64,000 nucleotides of DNA from the NCBI GenBank assembly GCA_028023455.1, contig JAQFVV010000008.1, forward strand, positions 7,502,001 to 7,566,000, in the 5' to 3' direction. Positions 38,530 through 51,999 of this stretch are shown here, piece by piece (positions within the stretch are counted from its first letter, which is position 1; each line of letters opens with the position of its first letter). The DNA comes from Epiperipatus broadwayi. Its lineage: Eukaryota; Animalia; Onychophora. The notes beneath the pieces were generated by a model. That model was given only the letters and a program-made list of their open reading frames with translations, had not been told where the DNA came from and made no database searches. The position numbers and the translations under genes are program-made.

Positions 38530-40735
38530 GGTACTTAAGGATAATTCCAAACACCAAGATTGGCAGCCATGTTTTTTTATCATTATATATTTTCAGCAGC
38601 ATTGTTAATCCGTAACCCTAATGAATGTTTTACTTGTTAACATTAAAAAATATTCATAAAAAATATTCAATAAATCAATTATTAATTTCTGCTAAAAAAT
38701 AGCAATAAATGTATTATAAAGTCCCTTCACTGAAATAACACAAAACTACAACAATAAATTTTAAACAAAAAAATAATTCATGCTAGGGATTTTTTTTAAA
38801 AAAACATCAATAAAAACAAAGGGGGCTTAGCCGCTTGATAGCACTGTTGCCAGCCAAAACAATACAATGCAACATTACTGGGCTGTGATTTTTAACAACT
38901 TTCATCTTTTTTTAACAAAAATACGGTGACTTTTTTTTTTGGCTATATGGCAATTTTTTTACTTTTTTTTTTTGGCTTTATTTGTATACCACTGATATAG
39001 TAAAAGTTTTATTTTTAAAACCGATTTTTAATACCTTTTTTAAAAAAGAAAACCAAAATAATATTTTTTGGTCTCTAACTTTTGTCTCAGTGAAGACAAA
39101 GTATCCCCCCCCCCCCCCAATTAAAAGAATATCGAAAGTTTTGACTTTTTCAACTTTCGTTTTTAAAAAAATATGGCAACTTTTTTTTTGGCTTTATTTG
39201 TATACCGCTTTGATATAGTAAAACTTTTAGTTTTAAAACCAATTTTTATTACTTTTTTTTTAAAAGTAAAAACAAACCAAAAACAACGTTTGTCTCAGTG
39301 AAGACAAAGTATTTTCAGCCCCCCCCCCAAAAAAAAATTCAAATAAAATCAAAACTTTTGACTTTTTCAACTTTTGTTTTCTTTTTTTTTAAACAAAAAA
39401 AATATGGTGGCGCCTTTTCTTGTTTTTGGCTATATAGCAAGTTTTTTATTTTTTTGGCTTGATTTGTATTACATGATATCTATTTTGCCATTTTTAACAA
39501 ACAATTTTTACTATTAATTACATTTTTGGATCCTTTCAACCCACCACCACTCCCCCCAAAAAATTACAATAAGATCAAAACTTTATTTTAAAATATGGCA
39601 ACTTTTTTTGGTTTGGCTATACGGTGATTTGTATTACGCAATTTCTATTTTGCCCTTTTTAAAATTAGAACTTTGACTATTAATTACTTTTTTTGATCAT
39701 TTTATTATTTTTTTTTACAATGTCTTTAATATTTTATTTTTAGGAATCGAATACACGAGCCTGACTGACATCGGTAACTGGCACAATTTCAGAAAATCTG
39801 CTTGCCGCACTGCAGCCATTTGATTTGGTCTCGACTATTTTCTCATGAAAATGTGAGTTTTCGCGTGAACTCGGTGAATCATGTTTGGCCCTACCCTTTG
39901 CCAATATTTTGCACATTCAAAGTTGTGTAGGGAAGGGGGGGCGGTGTGACAATTGTTAGTGAGTCAGACTGCGTGATTTAAGTAGAAATGAAATTACTCT
40001 GCTATGGAGATATCAAAAGTTATGGCCACTTGAAATTCCGCCACCATCAGAGAATACGGTAGCCAACTGTGAAATCTGCAAATTCGCATAAAGTGTCACG
40101 GAGTACAAAACAGGCCGTAATATTTCTGTGCAACGCCATCAAGTGGCCTGAAATGGCTAAGATAAACAGAACTGTTTTCTTTAGCCATAAGTCATCCCAA
40201 GTAAACGGCATTTGTAGGTGTTTTTGCCTGGCAACAATGCCATCAAGCGGCCAAGCTCGGCTAAGTAATAAGTACCAAACAAAGTTATATCTGCAATTCA
40301 TCATACAATGTTTAATGCCTTCCAGTTATCAGAATAAATCATAGATCCATTGGCTATATTTTTTTTAATAGCATCCATAAGAAAAGTAACTGTTCTCCCT
40401 GGCAGTTATTATAAAGCACTCGCGGGTCTCTTTGTACAAGCTACCGAATAACCACTGCTGTGGAAGTATTCTCCCATTGGTTTTTTCGATTGCTTAAAAA
40501 ACTTTAGCATTTACATGCGATACTATATAATAATAATAAAAATAATTAATTACATGTTGTGAATGGAATTTATAATACATTAATTGCAATTTTTTAAAGC
40601 TAACAGGAGTTTATAATTATTGATATTTTTTACTATTAACAAGTAAAACATTTTTGTTACGGTTATATAGCTATGCCACTGAAAATATATAATAATGGCT
40701 GCCAACCTTGGTATCTGGAATTATCATTAAGTACC
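38530..40735. mobile_element. Non-autonomous DNA transposon with long TIRs, Kolobok-like
   Basis: TIR ggtacttaaggataattccaaacaccaagattggcagccat versus the reverse complement ggtacttaatgataattccagataccaaggttggcagccat, extending ~200 bp. GG terminus and TTAA at 40736-40739, but the left flank is not TTAA. An extra internal IR pair lies at ~38826-38860 / ~40220-40257. Confidence 0.7.
38920..39700 (+). repeat. Degenerate ~200 bp tandem repeat with poly-C tracts inside the TIR element
   Basis: Recurrent tttgtctcagtgaagacaaagtat..cccccccc..aa, ttttgactttttcaacttt, aaaatatggcaac and ttggctttatttgtatacc. About 3-4 units. Confidence 0.8.
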
Positions 40736-40779
40736 TTAAAATCTTTTTATTTTATAGTCTTTTAACTGGACAATATCTC

Positions 40780-42250
40780 TTATTTTTTATACGTATATTT
40801 TTAATTTTGTATTGTTATTGCAATACCTATAGAGGTATTCACAAAATCCTTTTTAGCCATTAATCCTATTTAATATTGGCTTTTCTCTTTTTATATATAA
40901 CATTTCTTTTATTATTTTCTCCTGATATGATCTCTCATTTTCAAATATATTTAATACTATACTTAACAAATACATTAGAATTAATAACATCTTATAAGTA
41001 CTACATAAGCCTAGTGTTTTATTTATTTTTTGTTGTGCCAATAGATGAAATATTTATATTTTTATTATTATAATCCAAATACAGTATTTATTAAATGTAT
41101 ATTATTTAAACTAACTAAATCATTATTTTTATTATTATTATTTAATAATTTATTTAAATATATATATACACATACACTCACAGTACGGTTTTAATTTCTA
41201 TTTTTGACTTGTTTCATATTAAAACATTTAAATCATTTTGAATGTTTCATAATAAATGTCTGTACTTCAAAGCTAGTAAAGTAATTTAGATTATTATTTT
41301 ATTAATATATGTTATTGATTTATTTTTTTATTAAACCAACTGGATAATCATTACATATTGCTTTTTCTTTTTCTAATATTTATTTCGAAAACATTATCAT
41401 CTGAACATATCATCAAAGCTTTTATAATCCTATTATGTATTATATTTATTTTATGCATTCTGTTTTCTAATTATTATACTTTCAATTTTAAAAAGAGCAA
41501 TTGACTTTTTCTGGTCTGCATATTTTGTGATATAACCTTTAATGATTCTAACTGAAATACAGTTTGTAATATAAATTCTGCATCCAATTACAAGTATTAT
41601 ATAAAGCAAAACCCAGTGCCAACCAACACTAACTTATATAACTTATTAGCATTATAATCACTATCATTTCATGCATCCCCTCTTCCAAGATTTTTTTTTT
41701 ATATATATAAAATTATGTATGACTCCAATTTTTGTCATAAAATGAGTGTATATTAATTTAAATGAATATATTTAAATAAGTTTTCATAATTCTGCATTTT
41801 AAGCATATATATAAAATTAGACTTTTTTAAAATTTGATTGTAAAATTAACTGATATTTATTAAATCAATTCCTTTCGTATTCATTTTTTTCAGTACTGAA
41901 ATTTTATTAATTAATCTGGCATTTTCAATCTTTTTCAAAGCCCTAAATAAAATTATCTGATTATAATAAGAACTGAAATTTGTATGTCCATAAAATATCA
42001 AAAAGATTTTGCATACACTCCACATAAAGCCATAATTTATTATTTCAATAGTGTGACAATCATAAATTGCCCATCTAATGATACAATTATATTTGTAAAC
42101 AATCTAAAACTGATATAATAATGCATTATGAAATCCATAATTCATTTTAATAACATTCATTTTCTATTGTTACACAATACAATATATTTTAAATATGAAA
42201 TAGCTAGAACCATTTTAAAACATCTAACAAAAATGTACACTTCTATTAAA
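40780..42250 (-). mobile_element. Degenerate Penelope-like element (GIY-YIG C-terminus plus RT traces)
   Basis: ORF 40853-41041 ends LNIFENERSYQEKIIKEMLYIKREKPILNRING, typical of the PLE endonuclease C-terminus. Weak RT traces (WLYVE.., YYISF..MG) lie at ~42000-42150. Confidence 0.5.
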
Positions 42251-45200
42251 GAAAATTAAAATGATATAACAGTCACAATTTAAATAATCTCTATGCAGCT
42301 AAAAAAAAAAAAATTCAATACAAAGAAGACCATTTTTCCCTGCCAGACTTTCCAACATCAATATCCATAACAATATGTGGAAGTGTGCAAGTGAGGATGA
42401 AAAAGGTCATAAGCTTCCAAAATCGATTGCTTAATACAACATGACACTATATCAATCAAAGGGGAACATTCCATTTTGATGGCACTCAAGATAGGTTTTG
42501 TTTTATTAAATAATAGATCATCTCTAACATATTGCTCTTCTAATACATGAATGATCCTCCAAGGTTATAAAACAACTTTTATTATGTTTTAGATATCCAT
42601 GATTACAAGTCACTTGAGCTTGACATGAAATTTTTAAAAAAACTGGATATTTGAAAGTAATATTACTAAAAATTTTCTTATTCTCACTACTTACTTTGAA
42701 AGAAGAAATAAAAATAACTTAGATAAGATTCATTTCTCAGATATTGAAAACAATTCATTCCAGGTTGGAACTCAACAAGCAAATATCTTTTTTTACAACA
42801 TATGAGTGTCAAAAAATAAAGCAGCACTAATAAACTAATAAAACCTCTTGATAATGCTAGGAAAAAAAAATGGAGATTATGGAAAAGAAAACTTTTCAAA
42901 AAGTCTTCTAAGCCAAAGTCTGACAAAATCAAAAAATAAAATCATTAAAGCATATTTCTCTAATTCAAACTTACAAAATGAGTAAGCTAGTTCTAGATGC
43001 TATTAAACCAGAAAATGGCCCAAAAATTGTTAAAAAAAAATTTTTTTTAAAAAACTTAAAAATTCAACTCCAAGTATATCTGATAAATATATTCATCATT
43101 ATTATCATTTCAAAAATTATCCCAAACATTTGACATAAAAAGCATCAATAATTCAAAACAGCTTAATATCATAACTAAATTGCTCACAATTTAGTGACAG
43201 AACATTTTTTATCATCATAAAAACTAGATTTAGAGCAAGACTAAGTTACTATAAATAAGGTCTGATATTATCGCACACTGTGACAAAGGCTTCAAAAATC
43301 ATCAAATATCGATATAGCTATTATTAATTTAATATTCAAGTACAAATTCATTTGAAAAATCATCTTCTGAAAGTCTCCAAAATTCTTAGATACAGAGAAT
43401 TCTTAATTTAATCAATTTGACAAAATGCTCTCTAATATATATACACACACAGTCATATAATTCTAAATAAAAATTATAGCAAATAAAATGGTCTTCCATG
43501 ATTATAATAATTTTCTAGAAACAGAAAGTTAATATTTTCTGATAACATTGCCTCAGCCTAACAAAAATGATCTTTCCCAAAACTAGAACCTTTTGTAAGG
43601 ATGATTCTTTCATTAAATTACAAAAAAAAAAAAGAAAAGAATTTCCCTTGCAAAGAATATACAAAAAGTTATTAATAAGTCTAAACTTATTATTAACTTA
43701 AGATGAAGTTTCAATATCTGATGTTTGCTTTAAGTCACAGTGTCCTTTCTGGAAACTCAATAAAAAACTTTCACACTGAAGAATTATGGTATAACAATAG
43801 ACAATGTAGAGTTCTTGCAAACAATTTTTTTTCTTCAAGACACAATATGCTCTCTCTCCAGACTATAATGGAGTCTCGTTAGTACCTCACACTGTGTCAT
43901 CTGCTTCAGAAATTAACAAATATCCACAAATTAAAAAACTACTTTATATTTATGTATTTATCTACAGAATCAGATAATTATGCCATAAGCAAATCCATTT
44001 CTTCATTAAAAATTCTGTAAATACTTTTAACATGTTATAACAAACTGTTATGTAAAATTCAATATGTAAATATAATAAAAGTTATACTGCTATTTTATCA
44101 CACAAAATAAAGTGTATAATTAGTAATCCCAAAATATCTTTATAACAGGAAAAGTATGAACAAATCATTCACTGTAAATTATATTATTATATCTTACATA
44201 TAGTAAATAAATTAAAAACTGTAATAATCATTGATTTGAAACATCAGTATCATAGTAACATTATCTAGCATTTTGAAAACAAATTTCTTTAAAACAATTA
44301 GTTTATTGTATTTAAAAATAAATAAATTGCTTTAAGATTGTTAGTATATTAACTCAAAACTTTTGTCCTATGATTAAACATTTGCAAGTTGCAAATCTTT
44401 TTTAGATCAGAACCCTATTAAGTGCAAATACTTGCAATATTAATTGCTTTAGGCCAAAAAAAAAAAAAAAGCAATCATCAATCAAACTAGTACCTTGAAA
44501 CATAGAGTATACACATTTGATTAAAAAAATGGGCGTTTAACCTTTAGTAATGGATTAAATGATAATCAGAAATAATAATTGTAAGTGAACCCTACAAAGT
44601 GATATTAGTGCCACATTTTATAATAAAAAATTTTTTCTAAATTATACCAAAAAGATTTCTTTACAATAAATATGTTATTATGATTCAATACAAATAATAA
44701 AGAATTTGCTTCAGAATTATGAAACAGTATTAGCCAAAAATATCACAATCATGTAATATTATACAATTTCTTAATATTCATTAAAAGTTTACAGTTACTG
44801 CTATCATTTAAAAGTTAAACCTCATTTAAATTTTAAAAAGCAGCAACTATAGATCAAAGCAAGTAAATCTCATTTATTTACAAATTGTCCAACATTGAAA
44901 AAGTTGATAATAAAACATTAGACTATTCCTAGTATAAAATTCTCAAAATGATAAATTGTAATAAATATTTTTTTATTTTACATGTATTTTTTCTTGATAT
45001 CAACACAACACCATTTGATTCTTCAGCTTACTACGGTACATATAGTATTTCACTTTATTTATCTTACTCCAAAGCCATCAATTGTAAGCTTGAATAAACA
45101 ATGGACAATAAATGAGTAGAACACATAATTACAGACCAAAAGTTATAACTCTAATTTCAAATAGTTTTCCCTTTGACAAAGAGTTTGGTATGAAGATTCA

Positions 45201-45331
45201 AAGACAACTTCACAAAATCTTCATTTAAGCACAAAACAATATACAATTAAAATATTGAATTTCATAAATCACTAATTGTCTTGTAATTATAAAATAATGT
45301 CTATCTATAAAATAATTAAGTAAAGCTATAC

Positions 45332-45443
45332 CTCATAAAATAATAAAGATCTTCTAAGCGGTGATGGTAAACAACAATACGCTGTTTCAGAATTAAAGCA
45401 GTATAGATCAGAATACTTTCCAGACCAAAAGTATTAATAACAT
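45332..45443 (-). CDS. DENND10: DENND10/FAM45 coding exon
   Basis: tttttag acceptor and GTATAG donor, 112 nt, phases 1/2. It encodes (Y)VINTFGLESILIYTALILKQRIVVYHHRLEDLYYFM(R), matching FGxExxxLxTALxLKxRIVVYH. It is not present in the supplied ORF track. Confidence 0.94.
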
Positions 45444-47699
45444 CTAAAAATAATAATTATACAGGTTTAAGCACTTTTAATTTTCTATCAGCTATTATTA
45501 ATATTTATTTTAAAAAATCTCATAAACTAGATAGAAATCATTATGAACAAAATAATTTCAAAAATAAACCTTTACATTCAAAACAAGTAAATGGATGTAA
45601 TAAAATATGAATATAGTAAAAATCATTTAGCATTCTATATTACATGTGTATAAACTAATTAAAATGACAAAAACAAATACATTAAAGTTATATATTGTAA
45701 CCATTAATCATCAATTAATCGAGCTCGCACATAAATCCTCAAATGGAAATCCCTTTGTAACCATCTCTACATGGATAATAAGAATATGCACATAAATAAA
45801 AATAATGTTAAAACAAAAATATTATTTTCTTAAAACCAACTAGGCTAGCGTGAATCGGTAAATCTAAGGAAGGTTACAAAGTGTCCATGAAGATAATAAC
45901 TTCTAGTATCAACATCGGTTAAACTAGCTTTAAAATCCATAAGCAAAATATTATTAGATAAATTTAATATTTGCAAAACCAATAAATAGTTAATAATCAG
46001 GTCTATGAAATGAATATGGAATTCAAATTATGAATTAGGTGATAAATGAATTAGGATGCAGATGATTAAATGGATGATGAAAACAAATACTGTAATAATT
46101 AAATAATGAAAATGAATGAGCTTAAGAGTGAGGAAAAGAGAAAGAAAATGTGTTAGGTTAATGAATAAGATGATGATAGAATAGGAACCAATGAAAGATG
46201 AATCAATTATGATAATGAATTAAGATAAAATGAGGATGAAAAAATAAAAGGAATATGAGAACAATGTTGATGATGGAGAATGAGATCCTGAACTCTAAAC
46301 TAATATTGTATTAAATGACAATAAGATGAAATAAAACAAAGTAGGGATTCTACGCTTGACAAAACCAGAATATTTAACCATGAAGTTAAAATAAACTATA
46401 AGTTTTAAAAACTAGAAAAGAAATTTACATCTTAAAATTATCCAAACTCAATTAAACTGTGAAGATAAACATAACTCAAATCAAAGCACAATGAATAGTT
46501 TTAGACATAAAAATTACCATAAATTCAAAATTACGCCTGTGAATTAGTAATTTACTTTTCTCAGGGTTCAAATAACTTAAATATTACTATTTTACAAGAT
46601 ATACTTGGGTCAGTGAGAGGGATTTTGCCACTACCCAAATATAACAAACAAAGACAGCTCATAAAACAAAATAGAATTAACAAAGAATATTTGGCAATCC
46701 CAATACCAACAGTAATATGAACTTTAAGTTTTATGAAGTACAAATAAATTCTTAATAAAGCAAGCACAATAATTTACAAACTCTCTTTTATTAAATAACT
46801 ATGGGCAATATGATCAAGATCAGTGAATGATGTATCTTATGATTCAAATAAACAGGTTATTCCAAAACCAATAGATCATTAAAATATTATTTAAAATAAG
46901 ACATGGGCTTAAGATCAACAGTGTTCTGATCAATAAGCCATAAATTCTAAATGTACTTTAAATGTAAGAGCTTACCAAAATCATTGTGATATATTAATGC
47001 ATAATAAAATATACTATATTGATTGATGATGACTTTAAGACAATAAGATAATGTGTTGATAGCAATAATGATAGTACTATGGATGACGATTAGCAGTAAG
47101 GCCATAGACAACTAAATATATTTTCAAAACAACAAGATTTATTTACATTATTTACAACTTTCTAAAATAATAATAAATAATTGAGAACATATTTCAGAAA
47201 CAATATAAAACAAGATATACTCATTTGGTTATAGGTATATTCCCTTTAAATTTATTAACAGTTTTGATGCACTGATATGTCTAGTAATTGTTATTCATAA
47301 TAGCTATCTATAGTATGCTATTGAGAGCATTAAAGTATAACTAAACTTTACTAGTAAGTAATATGATAATGACAATTATCATATGAAGCACAAATGACAA
47401 TTATTATTTAGCATTCAGCAATCAATTATATGAATATGGGAACAGACACCAGAAGTCAAATATATACAGGATACTAAACTTTGCCCATGTCCACAGAATA
47501 ATCATCTTAACTATTGAAATGTCTTACCGATCCATCGGCGAACTACTGCTTGATGGAAATAAAATGACATTGCATATGTGTATCTCTTATTATGCTGTAC
47601 ATAAGATAAGTTTTAAAATTACTAATAAATTTTGTTGGTTTGCTTGTAAACTGTTGACAAGGTATCACAGCACAATACATATACACTATTTTATTTAGC

Positions 47700-48200
47700 T
47701 AAACACTGTAGATAAACAAGTGTCTCTGAAGCTAACTCTACATTATCATTGCCATACAATTTTAAAACACCAAGAACTAAACCATACACAGTGAAAAATA
47801 ACTAGACATCATCATGAAGAATCAGACAATAAAGAGAGGCTCCTCAAAACAACATTATATAGTTGTATAACAATATGGCAGATTCCAATACCTTTTTCCT
47901 AGGGACAAAATTGTGGACATCGTCTCATCATAGGGAAACAGAATGCATACCATGAAAATAATCCTACTTAGGAATTAAACTTTACCAGCTAAGCATAAAA
48001 TAATTATAAGCCTCAACAATTAATCCTGTCATGGAATAAGCAATGGGAAGGTATACTCCATCTACCAATGTATACTATCAATGATATAATATTTATTAAA
48101 ATTATATTTCTCACACTTATCAATGGGAACTAGCACAAATCCTCATCAAAACAATGGCAAGATAAAATAATCCTCATGTTAAAAGCTAAAAAAAAATCCT
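47700..48200 (+). mobile_element. Very degenerate Gypsy-like integrase remnant
   Basis: QHYIVV*QYGRFQYLFPRDKIVDIV resembles the integrase YILVxxDxFxRxxxAxP motif. Confidence 0.25.
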
Positions 48201-49479
48201 ATCTCAAACAATGCATATGTTAAATAGTGTATGAAACCAACAAAGATACTGTAAGTCAAACGACTATAAAATATTTTAAAAAGCATAATAAAATTTGCAA
48301 TAATAAGAAACACAGTCAATGAAAAATAGTATAAATTCTATAAACTAAAGTGGACATACTAAATTATAGGCAAAATATTGTAAAGATATAAAATAAATGT
48401 ATACCTGATTCTATGGAAAACTCCATATAATAAAATAATTGTCATTATAAGTAAATACTATTAGGCTTCTGACCAATTATTCTGTCTGTTTACCCATAGA
48501 TAAATGTCAATAAATAATTTTTATAAATGTAAGAGATGTGAATCTCTCTCTATCTAGACAAGCCTAATTTAATATTAACTTTAAGCTAACCAGTACACAA
48601 AAATATATATATAATTTTACCTTAATCTGTTTTCAGACTTTTTGAATATTTATACCATAAATAAAAAAAATATATATATACCTTAATAGCATATCCAAAA
48701 CTAATATAAAATATTAATAAACATGAACAATATAAAAAAAAATCATTATTATTATACTTCATTTTATTCCCATAGTCCGTAATTTAAATTCCTTCACTAT
48801 AAGCTGACTGACAAGAGAAAACGATATCATTATCGACTGGCAAACTATTTTATGAGGCGATGCATCCATATTCTTCATATTTTATCATGGTAAAGTAAAT
48901 AAAATATTTAAGAGTTCCTGGAAAATAAAAACAACGATACAATAGTGCTCATAAATATTTTTCTTTAGAGTTTTGGATCCGTTTTTTTTTTTAAAAAAAC
49001 AAAGCGGTAGCTTAGATAATATCTCCGATTGAAACAGTAAAAGAAAAAATGGTACGAAAAATTTTCTCAAAACAAATTGTTATTAATTTTTCCATCCACA
49101 GTAATATATTGGAATAATTAAGAACAATTCCTGCATTTTAAAGTATTTTAAAATCTTGTTATTAATGTTTTAGATTAGTGTTAATTCCAGCGTTCCACAA
49201 TAGTAATTAAAAAGTTGCTATCTACTTTTTAAAATTAAATTCATGCATTACAATATAGGTAGATCTTAATATTCTTTAGAGTAGACTTCATTTTTTAATT
49301 TAAATTCAGAAAGTTTTGTTCTGATAACTTTTAATTTGTTTCCCATTTACGTTTAATATCAAGGCAAAAATAAATAAATTTATATCTAGTTTATAAATGA
49401 ACTCACAGAATATTTTTCTTTTCTTTCTTCTTGCCCTTCCAAACAAATCATTGTTAATCTTTAAAGGTTCATAATAAGT

Positions 49480-50420
49480 ATAATAATTAAGATTGTAGCA
49501 AGATATAGAATAAAATTTTATGCTTATAATCTCTTGTCTGGTTTTAAATCTGAAGTCCCTTTGAACAAAGTAGTTGTTTTTCGAAATGGTTCCCATATTT
49601 TTTAAATGTGAAATCATGGCGATTGTTAGTTGATAGATCAGTAGGTTAACGCATGCAAGGAAGTGGAGTTCTCTACTTCACATTCTTGGTCAAAATACAA
49701 TTACTTATCCTTTAAATTCAGTTCAAATTCAATTCCAGTATTATGTATTATAAGCTTCTTCTTGGTCTTAACTTTTGTTATAGCTCAATGTTATTTCTCT
49801 TCTATTATCTTTTTAAAATGATCCCCCCCCCCCTTTACAAACTCTGCCAGGTTATTTATACCTTTATCAAATGGAATTGTTGTAAAAAAAATAATACTAA
49901 GAAATAGACCAATTCATACAATTATATGTCTCCATCTGTATTGATTAGTGATAACTAAACAAGCTGTTCAAAATTATTTTAAATCACAATAAAAATATAT
50001 TTAGAGATTAATTTAGAATAGTTATGATTTTAAATCTATTTTATTATTTAATAATAACAAAATATCAAATATTTCTATACTTATAAATTAATAAGAACAC
50101 TAATAAATTATTATTTTAATATTAAAAATTAGTTCACCTAGCAGAGTGCCCATTAGAATCTCATATACATACTGCCAGAGAGCTTAGCATATCTTGAACA
50201 GACCGAGTCTTTATCACTCTCAGGAGATTTATTGATAATATTTACCAAATTTTATAATAAAATTTTGCAATCACGATAATATACCACTGATATAATACAC
50301 TAATTTAATATATTTCAATTATTGTCAATCAAAATTTAAAATTTTACACATTTGCCACATAAATAAGGCTTGACAAACATCGAGCCCAACCATAAGGTTA
50401 CAATATATATTGAGATAGAT
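49480..50420 (-). mobile_element. Degenerate Penelope-like RT/endonuclease remnant
   Basis: Minus-strand fragments in the expected order: MVGLDV.., ILMGTLLGELIF, TIPFDKGINNLAE, NRHDFTF. Confidence 0.4.
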
Positions 50421-51999
50421 AGTGATCTATCTCAGTTTTTAATTTATTTTTAAATAAAGTAGTTGGCAACTGTGAATAAAGTTCATGTTTCATAATGGAA
50501 TTAAGGTTTTTTTAAATATAGATTTATATTATATTAGCACACAAACATAGATAAAGGTCTGTGTTTAAAATCAAATTAAGTCAATTTTAAAAAGATAAAA
50601 AAAATGATTTATTTCAAATAAATATGTTTTAAAATTTTTTATATGAAGTAATCCATAAATTTTTTCTCAATTAGCTTATATTAATTAAAATTCGTAAAAA
50701 AAACAATTTCTTTTTAAGCTATGTTCCAGGTTTGAAAATGTCAATTAATAATATTTTAGATATTATAAAGGCTAAGTAAGCATCATCTATAATTATGTGG
50801 GCTTCTTTAATTAAAAAATTGTATAAAAAGGTGGACTGGTTTCATTATAGAATTTTGTAAACAGGGATGGTTCAAGTAATTACTGGCTTCTTTAATTAAA
50901 GAATTTTATAAACATGTGAGGTTAATTTAAGAAAAAAATCTGTTTTGCGAAGTGGATAATATAAAAAGTCCAGCTTTGAAAATAATGTTTCTTTTGGATT
51001 TTGCTTTTGGCCTGCCATCATGATGTACATGGGACCTCTATTAACAGCTAAATTAATAAATATTCATTGCTAACTGCCATAAACAAACTTCACTTCTCCA
51101 GTATATAGCCTATAACCAGTAGACTGTCTGACTCTGCTTGCTGAATTTGATCCAACATTGGCTATGCAGTTAAACAAAAATGCTTCTTAACAGTAAAGAA
51201 AAAAAAAATCATGACAACTCTACTTGAAAATATAAACCAATTGTGACCAAGATTGGAAACAAATAAATGGCAAGACTTCACTCATAAACTATTAGAACTC
51301 TATTTTTGAAAAACATATGTACATATATATAATTCCATTTTTCTAGAAAAATAATTTCTATCTCAGCCATGTTTTGTGACTTAAAGGTACCCCAGTTATT
51401 GATTTTATGACCTATTTGATAAACTTTTAAACTTATATTACCAACAAGCCAATTATATTTATAATTTCATTTAGATGATTTTATATTTATCTTTTATATT
51501 AACTTATTTTAGTACTTAAACATTATAAAACTTAATTTTGTCAGTGGATTTGATATCATGATATGTTTAAATATTTTTATTTCTGCAAACACAATAATAG
51601 TTTTTATTTTATTTTAAATAATTGGAATAAAAGAAATTAGTTTTGTTTCTTAAATGTTTTTTTTTCTTTTTCCCTTCATAAAGAATTTTAAAAATCACTT
51701 CCATAATTGTTAATAATCACAATTTAGTTTTAAAATAATCTACATTTAGTTTTAGATCAATCTAAGAAAAAAAAATTTTTTTTAAAAAGATTTGAGGGTT
51801 TTTTTTAATAGTTTAAATTTAGTATAATTAAGTGTCTCTCTGAAGATATTCAAAAAATCATTAATGTAAGCCAATAAATGTGTGTATAATGTGTTATGTA
51901 TGTAACAATATAGATTAATACATTGTTTTTATTATGCAGTATGCCCTATTTACTTTGTTTGCTTTAACACGCATCTGAAATTAAATATTGATATATATG

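Noticed and set aside
46561-46767. 68-aa membrane-like ORF as a nested gene exon
   Set aside because: No linked exons or convincing splice sites. The opposite strand is also nearly open and the region looks like retroelement debris.
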